This document shows positions 10,390-19,007 of a stretch of DNA of 64,000 bases, piece by piece (position 1 is the stretch's first letter; every line of letters starts with the position of its first letter). Below the pieces are notes generated by a model, which was given only the letters and a program-made list of their open reading frames with translations, had not been told where the DNA came from and searched no databases. Source of the stretch: Christensenella sp. UBA7571 (GTDB lineage: Bacteria > Bacillota > Clostridia > Christensenellales > CAG-917); the NCBI GenBank assembly GCA_002476605.1, contig DLLD01000015.1, positions 9,694 through 73,693 on the forward strand. Reading direction: 5' to 3'. The position numbers and the translations under genes are program-made.

Positions 10390-10745
10390 GTCGTAACTCC
10401 TCTAAATAGAATTGCCCCCTCTTTCCGGACACGCCGGCATTTCTAAAAAAATAATTAAATGCAACTTTCCCCCTTCCTCACGGTGTTTCCCCTATTCCGT
10501 TCCCCCTCCGCACTTCGTTTGAGGGAACCCACGGAACCGCTCCGCGGGGGGACACACTCGGCACGCGCATAGAGAAGTAACGTTCTCTCGTTATGCCACT
10601 CGTTCGCCAACGAAAAGAACAACACTCGTTGGCTCACTTGTACTTATCATCAAGCTTGGCGCTCGATTCGGTCGGCGCCTTGCGCCTCCAACTCCGAATA
10701 AGCAGATTCCGTGTATAAGTAGTCTTCGATTGAGTGTTCGTTAAT
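10390..10745 (+). repeat. Dispersed repeat R1, copy 1
   Basis: Starts TCGTAACTCCTCTAAATAGAATTGCCCCCTCTTTCCGGACACGCCGGCATTTC; shares CACTCGTTCGCCAACGAAAAGAACAACACTCGTTGGCTCACTTGTAC with the 42 kb copy. Confidence 0.75.
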
Positions 10746-10836
10746 TGGCCCGCTCTACAAGTTCGCGGACGGCGGTTTCTATTTCGTTTTCAAATAGGCA
10801 CATTCCGTTAATAAGTACGCTCTCAATAGGTTTTCG

Positions 10837-10892
10837 TTCGGGTGTGGGTGTCCCACCCGCAATTATTAATTATTAACTATTAATTATTAATT
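10837..10892 (+). repeat. GGGTGTGGGTGTCCCACCC palindrome followed by AATTATTAATTATTAACTATTAATTATTAATT
   Basis: Same composite element as 59297-59354; head also heads the GTGATATT arrays. Confidence 0.7.
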
Positions 10893-11005
10893 CCTAAAAA
10901 ATATTGACTTAAAATTTTTCTCAATATATAATATCTAATGACTATGCGCATCGCGCGCATACGCAAAATATTACTCGAAGATACTTTATTGGAGGAATTC
11001 CCGAT

Positions 11006-14000
11006 ATGAAAAAAATGACCATTGACGGTAACACCGCTGCGGCACATATTGCTTACGCTTTTTCCGACGTTGCGGCTATTTACCCTATCACTCCGTCATC
11101 CCCGATGGCAGAGAACTGTGACGACTGGGCAGGTCAAGGAAGAAAGAACATTTTCGGCAACGTTCTTAAAATTGCCGAAATGCAATCCGAAGCCGGCGCG
11201 GCAGGCGCAGTACACGGCTCTTTGGCAGCAGGCGCATTGACGAGCACGTTTACGGCGAGCCAAGGTTTGCTCCTTATGATTCCGAATATGTACAAAATCG
11301 CAGGCGAGTTGCTTCCTTGCGTATTCAACGTCTCCGCACGTAGCGTTGCAGGACACGCCCTCAACATTTTCGGAGATCACTCCGACGTTATGGCTTGCCG
11401 TCAAACCGGTTTTGCTATGCTCGCATCCAACAGCGTACAAGAAGTTATGGATTTGACCTTGGTCTCTTACCTTTCCACGATCGAATCCAGCGTTCCTTTC
11501 CTCAACTTCTTCGACGGTTTCCGCACCTCTCACGAAGTTGACAAGATCGACGTCATCGACTACGACGAGATCAAGGACCTCGTAAACTTCAAGAAGGTTG
11601 ACGAATTCCGCGCACGTGCACTCAACCCCGAGCATCCGCATCAACAAGGCACGGCTCAAAACCCCGACATCTACTTCCAAAACAGAGAAGCAAGCAACAA
11701 ATACTACGACGCAGTCCCCGCAATCGTTCAAGCGGAAATGGACAAAGTCAGCAAGCTCACGGGCAGAAAATACAATCTCGTTGACTACTACGGCGCAAAA
11801 GATGCAGACCGCGTGATCGTCATTATGGGTTCTGGTGCAGAAGCGGTTGAAGAGACCGTTGACTACCTCAACGCAAGAGGACAAAAAGTCGGTCTTCTCA
11901 AAGTCAGACTTTATCGTCCGTTCCCGATGGACGCATTCGTCGCGGCACTTCCCGAGACGGTCAAGACCATCACCGTTATGGACAGAACCAAAGAACCGGG
12001 CGCACAAGGCGAACCCCTCTACCTCGACGTCGTATCCGCTCTCAACGAGAAAGGCATCAAGAAAGAAGTGCTTTGCGGACGTTACGGCCTCGGCAGCAAG
12101 GAATTCAATCCTTCTATGGTCAACGCAATCTACGAAAATATGAACGGTGAGAAGAAAGATCGCTTCACGGTCGGCATCAACGACGACGTGACGTTCCACT
12201 CTCTCGCAGTCACCGAAAAGATCGACGCTTCCGACGCAAGCGCAATCTCTTGCAAGTTCTACGGTCTCGGCTCTGACGGTACGGTCGGCGCGAACAAGAA
12301 CTCCATCAAGATCATCGGCGACCACACCGACAAATACGCACAAGCGTACTTTGCATACGACTCCAAGAAATCCGGCGGTATCACCATTTCTCACCTCCGT
12401 TTCAGCGACAAGCCCATCCGCAGCACGTACCTCATCGACCAAGCGGACTTCGTGGCGTGCCACAACGAGTCTTACGTGCTCCGTTACGATATGCTCTCCG
12501 ACCTTAAAGAAGGCGGTACGTTCCTCCTCAACTCTCAATGGGAGCCCGAAGAGATGGACGCAAAACTCCCCGCTTCTATGAAGAATATGATTGCCAAAAA
12601 GCACATCAAATTCTACACTCTCGACGGTCTCAAAGTTATCCAAGAGATCGGCACGAAGAAGGGCGTCAACACGGTTATGCAAGCGGCGTTCTTCAAGCTT
12701 GCAAACGTCATTCCTTACGAAGACGCAGAGCGTTATATGAAGGAAATGATCAAGAAGTCCTACGGCAAGAAAGGTGACGCGGTCGTCGCAATGAACAACG
12801 CTTGCGTGGACAACGCAATCGCACACCTCAAAGAAGTCAAATATCCGCAAAGCTGGGAGACCACTACCAACGGCGCAGCTCCGCTCGAAGTGCCCAACGA
12901 CGAATATTTCAAGAACTTCATCGCTCCGATCACCGCACAAGAAGGCGACAAACTCCCCGTTTCCGCATTCAATCCCAACGGCTTCGTACCCACCGGCACG
13001 ACCAAATTTGAAAAACGCGGTATCGCAGTGTCCGTTCCTATGTGGGACAAAGACAAATGTATCCAATGCAACCGCTGCGCTCTCGTTTGCCCGCACGCGA
13101 CTATCCGTCCGACGCTCGCAACCGCAGAGGAACTTGCAAACAAACCCGAAACGTTCGAAACCAAACCGGCTATCGGCGTAAAGGGCTACGAATTCCGTAT
13201 GCAAGTAAGTCCGTACGACTGCACGGGTTGCTCCAACTGCGTTGCTGTATGCCCCGCAAAAGAAAAAGCTCTCACTATGGTTCCGCTTGACGAAGCAATC
13301 GCAAAAGAGGCGGAAAACTGGGAATATGCGGCAGACCTCAAAGAAACTTCCGCAGAACTCAAATCCGTCAACGTCAAGAACAGCCAATTCAAGAAACCGC
13401 TCTTCGAGTTCTCCGGCGCTTGCGCGGGTTGCGGTGAAACTCCGTACGTCAAGCTTATGACGCAACTCTTCGGTGACAGAATGCTCATCGCAAACGCAAC
13501 GGGTTGCTCCTCCATCTACGGCGGTAGCGCTCCGACTTGCCCCTACACCAAGAACGACAAAGGTCGCGGTCCTGCTTGGGCAAACTCCTTGTTCGAGGAC
13601 AACGCAGAGTTCGGTTACGGTATGCACCTCGCTTATGACACTCGTCGCAACGTGCTTGCAAACACGATTACCAACCTTATCAGCCTCGGCACGATTTCCG
13701 AAGATATGACTAACGCTCTCAACGCGTGGCTTGAAAACAAAGAAGACGCGGCAAAGAGCGAAGAAGCGGCAAACGCAATCATCGCACTTCTCCCCGAAGA
13801 AAAGAAGAACGCAAACGGCGTGAGTCTCGAACTCTTGCAAAACATCGAAGCAAGAGAAGATTGCCTCATCAAGAAATCCGTATGGATCGTCGGTGGTGAC
13901 GGCTGGGCGTACGATATCGGTTACAACGGCGTTGACCACGTCCTCGCAAGCGGTGAAGACGTCAACATCCTCGTCCTCGACACCGAAGTGTACTCCAACA

Positions 14001-14533
14001 CGGGCGGACAAGCTTCCAAGTCTACCCCGACCGGCGCAATCGCAAAATTCGCTGCAACGGGTAAACGCACCAAGAAGAAAGACCTTGCACTTCTCGCAAT
14101 GGACTACGGTTACGTGTACGTCGCACAAGTTTCTATGGGCGCGGATATGAACCAAGTGGTCAAAGCGTTTGCAGAGGCAGAGGCATATCACGGACCGTCC
14201 ATCATCATCGCTTACGCACCGTGCATCAACCACGGCATCAAAGGCGGTATGGACAATTCGCAAATGGAAATGAAGAAAGCAGTTGACTGCGGTTATTGGC
14301 AACTCTTCCGTTACAACCCGACGTTGGTCGGAACGGACAAAGCACCGCTCGCAATCGACAGCAAAGAGCCGACCGACGATTATCAAGCGTTCCTTATGAA
14401 CGAAACGAGATATGCGTCCTTGGCAAAGATGAATCCGGATGCGGCAAAAGTCTTGTTCGCAAAGAACGAAGAAGACGCCGCAAAGAAACGTGCATTCTAC
14501 CTCAAAAAGGCAGCTTCTTACACGGAAGAATAA
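11006..14533 (+). CDS. nifJ: Pyruvate:ferredoxin (flavodoxin) oxidoreductase
   Basis: Full-length multidomain PFOR: PITPSSPMAE, two 4Fe-4S motifs (CIQCNRCALVCPHATI, CTGCSNCVAVCPAKEKA), TPP domain GDGWAYDIGYNG. Confidence 0.96.
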   Translation: MKKMTIDGNTAAAHIAYAFSDVAAIYPITPSSPMAENCDDWAGQGRKNIFGNVLKIAEMQSEAGAAGAVHGSLAAGALTSTFTASQGLLLMIPNMYKIAGELLPCVFNVSARSVAGHALNIFGDHSDVMACRQTGFAMLASNSVQEVMDLTLVSYLSTIESSVPFLNFFDGFRTSHEVDKIDVIDYDEIKDLVNFKKVDEFRARALNPEHPHQQGTAQNPDIYFQNREASNKYYDAVPAIVQAEMDKVSKLTGRKYNLVDYYGAKDADRVIVIMGSGAEAVEETVDYLNARGQKVGLLKVRLYRPFPMDAFVAALPETVKTITVMDRTKEPGAQGEPLYLDVVSALNEKGIKKEVLCGRYGLGSKEFNPSMVNAIYENMNGEKKDRFTVGINDDVTFHSLAVTEKIDASDASAISCKFYGLGSDGTVGANKNSIKIIGDHTDKYAQAYFAYDSKKSGGITISHLRFSDKPIRSTYLIDQADFVACHNESYVLRYDMLSDLKEGGTFLLNSQWEPEEMDAKLPASMKNMIAKKHIKFYTLDGLKVIQEIGTKKGVNTVMQAAFFKLANVIPYEDAERYMKEMIKKSYGKKGDAVVAMNNACVDNAIAHLKEVKYPQSWETTTNGAAPLEVPNDEYFKNFIAPITAQEGDKLPVSAFNPNGFVPTGTTKFEKRGIAVSVPMWDKDKCIQCNRCALVCPHATIRPTLATAEELANKPETFETKPAIGVKGYEFRMQVSPYDCTGCSNCVAVCPAKEKALTMVPLDEAIAKEAENWEYAADLKETSAELKSVNVKNSQFKKPLFEFSGACAGCGETPYVKLMTQLFGDRMLIANATGCSSIYGGSAPTCPYTKNDKGRGPAWANSLFEDNAEFGYGMHLAYDTRRNVLANTITNLISLGTISEDMTNALNAWLENKEDAAKSEEAANAIIALLPEEKKNANGVSLELLQNIEAREDCLIKKSVWIVGGDGWAYDIGYNGVDHVLASGEDVNILVLDTEVYSNTGGQASKSTPTGAIAKFAATGKRTKKKDLALLAMDYGYVYVAQVSMGADMNQVVKAFAEAEAYHGPSIIIAYAPCINHGIKGGMDNSQMEMKKAVDCGYWQLFRYNPTLVGTDKAPLAIDSKEPTDDYQAFLMNETRYASLAKMNPDAAKVLFAKNEEDAAKKRAFYLKKAASYTEE

Positions 14534-14550
14534 TTCCGCATAGCGTAGCA

Positions 14551-14579
14551 AAAACCCCTCGGAAATCCGAGGGGTTTTT
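14551..14579 (+). terminator. Rho-independent terminator after nifJ
   Basis: AAAACCCCTCGG-AAAT-CCGAGGGGTTTT perfect inverted repeat with T tract. Confidence 0.9.
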
Positions 14580-14595
14580 ATTTTGTTTTGACAAA

Positions 14596-16062
14596 TTATT
14601 CGGCAAACGGTACGTGATCTTTATTCAGCGATATAGTGCCGTCTTTGCAAATCACGTACGTCGACATTTGATCTTCGCAATCTATCACAGCGTCCCATTG
14701 CGCCATAGTTCCTTCATAATATACGGTTATCGGGCGTTGTTTTGTTGTCACGTAATAATAAATCGATTCAAATGCATCATCGTCGATTTCTTCAATTGAC
14801 GCTGGCACTATAACCGTTTCAACCAAGCTATCGCCACAAAATGCATATCTACCTATCTTTTTTACTCCGTAAGGCAAAATGACGCGTTTTACTTTTGAAT
14901 TATAAAAAGCTCCGCTTACTACTTCCGACGTATCGGCATCGATGAACAAAACCTCTCTTTCGCTTCCGAAATATCCAACGAACCGTTTTTCTTGTTCAAG
15001 TACCAAATAATACGTGTCTTTTTCCGTCTCAACCAGTTTATTTCCTCCTTCTTCGCTATAAAAATATATGTCCAACCCATCAAAACAAAAAGATTGAATG
15101 GGAATATTTGATCTATTATAAACTTGTACGAGTCTCGGACAAGCTCTTACCACCGGCTCAAACCAGCCGATTATAGTTTGCTTATAATTCTTCCCGACAG
15201 TTATACTCATAAGGCTTGCACAATTATGAAAAGTATTTGAGTACAACGTTTCGACTTTATCGGGGAACACGACCTCTTTTATCGATGGACAATCGTAAAA
15301 ACGAGTTGGATGCGTAATGTTTTCGCTAAATTTTACGGACTTTAACTTCTTACAATTCCTAAACAAGCAACTTCCGATATCCACGACGCTATCGGGCATA
15401 ATCACTTCTACCAATTCGTCGCAATCTTCAAAAAAATAATCGGCAATAACCGTCGTTCCTTCTCTAAAAGCAACGGTAGTATCTTTGGGCATATTCCCTT
15501 TATATGCATAGGCAATAGTACCGTAATATATCACTCCGTCGGGTTGTGCGTCAAACCAAGCCGTGCCGTAAAAAGATTTTGCACAAACGCCTTTTAGTGA
15601 TGACGGAAAAACTACGTCTTTAAGAGAAGAACAGCCGAAAAAGCAATTTTGCGAAATAAATTCAAAATCATCAGAAAACACGACTTCTACAAGTTTCTTG
15701 CAGTTTTCAAAAACTCCACGCCCCATTTGTACGTTTGGAAGCGTCACTTTTCGCAAATTTTTCATTTCCTTAAACGCGCCACCGTATATGAGAGCGCACG
15801 TATCCGGAATAACCATTTCAGTCACAACGTCTTTGTATTCGTATTTGATTTTTTTGATCTCAATCTTCCCTTCGGAAGCTCTTGAATCGTCAATTTCAAA
15901 ATACTCGTAGTCCTCAACGTGAAAATCGGGAACTTCTTCCTCTACGTCCTCTATTGGTGTAGGTTGTTCGTCGTTGTCATCGCAAGCGGTAAACGCAAAT
16001 ATCAAGCAAGCCAATAATACGGCAATCAAAAGGGTGTAACCCAAGAATTTCATTCGTTTCAT
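14596..16062 (-). CDS. BspA-like leucine-rich repeat (LRR_5 type) lipoprotein
   Basis: Lipobox LIFAFTAC; repeats such as IPDTCALIYGGAFKEMKNLRKVTLPN, VVFPSSLKGVCAKSF, IPVQSF. Confidence 0.8.
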   Translation of the reverse strand: MKRMKFLGYTLLIAVLLACLIFAFTACDDNDEQPTPIEDVEEEVPDFHVEDYEYFEIDDSRASEGKIEIKKIKYEYKDVVTEMVIPDTCALIYGGAFKEMKNLRKVTLPNVQMGRGVFENCKKLVEVVFSDDFEFISQNCFFGCSSLKDVVFPSSLKGVCAKSFYGTAWFDAQPDGVIYYGTIAYAYKGNMPKDTTVAFREGTTVIADYFFEDCDELVEVIMPDSVVDIGSCLFRNCKKLKSVKFSENITHPTRFYDCPSIKEVVFPDKVETLYSNTFHNCASLMSITVGKNYKQTIIGWFEPVVRACPRLVQVYNRSNIPIQSFCFDGLDIYFYSEEGGNKLVETEKDTYYLVLEQEKRFVGYFGSEREVLFIDADTSEVVSGAFYNSKVKRVILPYGVKKIGRYAFCGDSLVETVIVPASIEEIDDDAFESIYYYVTTKQRPITVYYEGTMAQWDAVIDCEDQMSTYVICKDGTISLNKDHVPFAE

Positions 16063-16162
16063 TTTATCTTCCCCCTAAAAATCGTTTTTGAAACTTATAT
16101 AATGTATACAAATAACGACGTCGTTTTATTGGACTATACAGAAATTAGTTTTGCGATACATA

Positions 16163-16193
16163 AAAAACGAAGAGACGTTTTCTCTTCGTTTTT
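16163..16193 (-). terminator. Terminator hairpin downstream of the flavodoxin/membrane gene
   Basis: AAAAACGAAGAGA-CGTTT-TCTCTTCGTTTTT. Confidence 0.75.
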
Positions 16194-16234
16194 CTCGATA
16201 TTTTACACAATCGGCACTTTATACCGTTATTTTG

Positions 16235-17137
16235 TCAATTTAATCTCTTTATTTTGCCGAATTGCGTACTGTACGACTCGAAAGACGTATGCCTTGTGTC
16301 AAGCAATGCGTCCATATCGTCCGCAACGTTTTCAAAGCGCGCTTTCATCGTATGCGTGATAACGTAGCCTACGCTTTTGAGCTTGCCTTTTTGCATTTTG
16401 CAAAACTCCCTAATAGGGGCGCACACACCAAACACCCACATCGGAGAACAGATTATAACGCTGTCGTAACTGCTTAAATCGATATCGTCGATAGGCATAC
16501 CCCACTTGTGCATTCCGTATCTTCCGCACCACAAAAAGCCCAAATCTCCGTCCGTCTTTTCGGAAGTGGTGATTTGGTAAATATCCGCGCCTTGCGCGTT
16601 TGCGATTTGATAGGCAATCTTTTTGGTATATCCCAATCTTGAAAAATACACCACGGCGCAAGACGGGTTTTTGCCTATATTTTGATACTCGTTCTCGTCA
16701 AAATCGAAGTGATCTTGATCGTATCTCACAAGACAAACGTACCCCGTGATTGCTTGCAAAATGCCGAACACAAACCACAACGACGACATAACGTTTGGCG
16801 GAAAGATTACGAACTGAATTATTATCCACGCCATAAGAGTGACGCCGAATACCATTCCCATAATTATTCCGCTTTTCTTGTTTGCGAAAATCAAGCCCGT
16901 TGCGACGAGGTTGGTAACGCCGTTGACGATTATAAGCGCTATGCCCGAAAACAGAAAGTCTTGGAACAACTTGTCCGCAAGCGGTAACACTTGAAAGTAC
17001 GGCAACATACCGTCCATTCCCATAACACTCCCGTCGGGTTTTATAATCATACACAATCCACCGCCGATTGCGCCCAAACCTATAAACAGCGTCCAAAACA
17101 GCAAAATGCCCTTTGAAATCTTATATCTCTTGCTCAT
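16235..17137 (-). CDS. Fusion of an N-terminal multi-TM region and a C-terminal flavodoxin-like domain
   Basis: At least 4 hydrophobic segments, then AVVYFSRLGYTKKIAYQIANAQGADIYQITT and SYDSVIICSPMWVFGVCAPIREFC. Confidence 0.75.
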   Translation of the reverse strand: MSKRYKISKGILLFWTLFIGLGAIGGGLCMIIKPDGSVMGMDGMLPYFQVLPLADKLFQDFLFSGIALIIVNGVTNLVATGLIFANKKSGIIMGMVFGVTLMAWIIIQFVIFPPNVMSSLWFVFGILQAITGYVCLVRYDQDHFDFDENEYQNIGKNPSCAVVYFSRLGYTKKIAYQIANAQGADIYQITTSEKTDGDLGFLWCGRYGMHKWGMPIDDIDLSSYDSVIICSPMWVFGVCAPIREFCKMQKGKLKSVGYVITHTMKARFENVADDMDALLDTRHTSFESYSTQFGKIKRLN

Positions 17138-17241
17138 TTTATCCTTCTTTGCGCACCTATGCGCAGTGATATGAACGTATAAAATCTATTGGTGCAATGC
17201 ACTTCATTTTATATCCGTTTTATATCACAATTCGTTTTATT

Positions 17242-17604
17242 TTAATTCTCGCTCTTATCTTCGTAGAACTTGCCCTCGAAAAAGTTTTCGTTTCCGAGAG
17301 GCGTTGCCGTAAGGCGGAACATAACGCAACCGTCGGGACACACGATAGTTTTGACGTATTTGTCCTCACCGCCCACTTTGCGCAAGTCTCCACCGCTTCT
17401 CACCGCTTCCATAATCGGATAAAGCATAGTCATAGTCTTACTGCAAATTCCGTAGCCTTGCGCGTTGACGGGGCAACCGTAAGTGCACTCGTATTTATCT
17501 CCGATTTGCTCGCCGTTGCGACAATAATTTTCCGTCTTGTCCCCTCTCAAAAATCCGATGGTTTCAATCTCGAATTTATATTCTTCGTCATACCATTTTT
17601 TCAT
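17242..17604 (-). CDS. TIGR04076 family protein; start at MKKWYDEE
   Basis: CPxGCVMFRL tail and ICSKTMTMLYPIMEAVRSGG motif resemble TIGR04076; RBS-like GAGAGG before the internal ATG. Confidence 0.6.
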   Translation of the reverse strand: MKKWYDEEYKFEIETIGFLRGDKTENYCRNGEQIGDKYECTYGCPVNAQGYGICSKTMTMLYPIMEAVRSGGDLRKVGGEDKYVKTIVCPDGCVMFRLTATPLGNENFFEGKFYEDKSEN

Positions 17605-17606
17605 CG

Positions 17607-18275
17607 TTATATCCTCTCTTCGCAAAATTTCGCAATCTCTTTTTCCAGCGTGACGTACACTTGCGAAAGCAAATATCCGTCCACAATCGCGTGGTTGAGG
17701 CGCACCGTCAACGGCAACTTATATCTGCCGTTTTCTTCACGATACTTGCCCCAATTGACTACGGGTTGGAAATATAGATGCCCGTCGGGAAGTTCCACGT
17801 TCATACTGTCGTAACTCACCCACGGCAAATACGACGCGTCAAACCAATTGAGGTGATTTGCCATATCGAGACGATATTCTCTCGTTTGCTTTGCACGCGC
17901 TATATCCTTGGCGGCCTCGGCGTAAAACTCGTCGTAATCCTCGTAATACGTCGTATATACGGGAGTGCAAGTCTCCGTATCCTCGTGGAAAACGTATTGC
18001 GTCGGGTTTATCGTATCGAAGCAAATAAGTTCGTCCGTTTTCCAATCGTAAAACATCTTGTAATCGTCGCGCGAATTGAGCGTTTTGCAAAGCAAATACA
18101 AAAAGTTGATATAAAACTTGCTTCCCGTCTTTTTTGACACCTCGCGCAAGTCGGTTACGTCCACTCTTGCCGTCATAGAAATCGAGCATTTGCAATCTTG
18201 CGAAAAGTGCTTGAAAACGCCCTTTCTATAATACGTATTCATATCTATTTTTCTCATAATCGTATCAATCTCCAA
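17607..18275 (-). CDS. Chloramphenicol acetyltransferase-like (CatA fold) protein
   Basis: LNHAIVDGYLLSQVYVTLEKEI matches the HHAxxDG-type active-site region; overall CatA-like order of motifs. Confidence 0.7.
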   Translation of the reverse strand: MEIDTIMRKIDMNTYYRKGVFKHFSQDCKCSISMTARVDVTDLREVSKKTGSKFYINFLYLLCKTLNSRDDYKMFYDWKTDELICFDTINPTQYVFHEDTETCTPVYTTYYEDYDEFYAEAAKDIARAKQTREYRLDMANHLNWFDASYLPWVSYDSMNVELPDGHLYFQPVVNWGKYREENGRYKLPLTVRLNHAIVDGYLLSQVYVTLEKEIAKFCEERI

Positions 18276-18876
18276 ACATTATCTTTGCTCTTTCGGGTGA
18301 AAGTCCCAAAATCATATTGACGGTTTTGCGTATTTGCGTGGTGCTGTCGTCCACCCATTCGGCGTCCTCGTGCAAAATCACGCTGCCGACGCCGTGGGAC
18401 AAGAACACCGCCATAATCGGAGTGTCCATAGTCGGTTTTGCGCCGTCCGCTACCAAAACTTCCAAAATTTGCTCTATGTACGGTTCGATGACGGTGAGCG
18501 TTTGCTCTCGTATTGCCCAACGCACCGTGCGATGCATATTGCCCTCGTACTTATCCCTGAACTCGCGCACTTTTACCTTCATATAGCCGAAAAATCTCAT
18601 AAGTGCTTGATTAGGGTTTTGCTTTGCGCTTTCCACAAGTGTGGCAAAATCTGCCTTGTACGGCTCGAAAAAGTGGTCGAGAACGTCGGAAAACAAATCG
18701 TCTTTGGTCTTGTAATAATAGTAAAACAATCCGACTTCGCAATCGAGCTCGTCCGTGATATTGCGTATGCACGTGCCGTCAAAGCCTTTTTCAAAAAACA
18801 GTTTCGTGCCGACTTCTATCATTTTGTTCTTCGTTCCGCAATCGTACTTTGGTTTTCTTGCCATATAGCCCCTCAA
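18265..18876 (-). CDS. TetR/AcrR family transcriptional regulator
   Basis: N-terminal HTH: MIEVGTKLFFEKGFDGTCIRNITDELDCEVGLFYYYYKTKDDLFSDVL. Confidence 0.85.
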   Translation of the reverse strand: MRGYMARKPKYDCGTKNKMIEVGTKLFFEKGFDGTCIRNITDELDCEVGLFYYYYKTKDDLFSDVLDHFFEPYKADFATLVESAKQNPNQALMRFFGYMKVKVREFRDKYEGNMHRTVRWAIREQTLTVIEPYIEQILEVLVADGAKPTMDTPIMAVFLSHGVGSVILHEDAEWVDDSTTQIRKTVNMILGLSPERAKIMFGD

Positions 18877-18960
18877 AAATTACTGAATTTCGCTCAATTA
18901 TAGCACCGTAAGCGACGTGTGTCAACCGTTACTGAATATCGTACAAAAATAAACATAATA

Positions 18961-18990
18961 AAAAACGACGCATAAAAATGCGCCGTTTTT
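18961..18990 (-). terminator. Terminator hairpin downstream of 19008..21566
   Basis: AAAAACGACGCAT-AAAA-ATGCGCCGTTTTT. Confidence 0.65.
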
Positions 18991-19007
18991 AGATAGTTTT
19001 TTTGCTG

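Noticed and set aside
10455-10637. 60-aa ORF in R1 copy 1 (MSQRVLFFSLANEWHNERTLL...)
   Set aside because: The partially matching 42.7 kb copy does not keep the full frame; more likely a repeat-encoded chance ORF
10741-10850. Minus-strand reading GGTPTPERKPIESVLINGMCLFENEIETAVRELVERAN*, possible gene remnant
   Set aside because: Short, no upstream coding continuation and no recognisable family; not enough to call a pseudogene
11096-14551. 1151-aa ORF antisense to nifJ
   Set aside because: Covers nifJ on the opposite strand. Composition is an artefact of the biased codon use of nifJ (Cys/Val/Phe/Arg-rich translation, no domain); nifJ itself has clear catalytic motifs.
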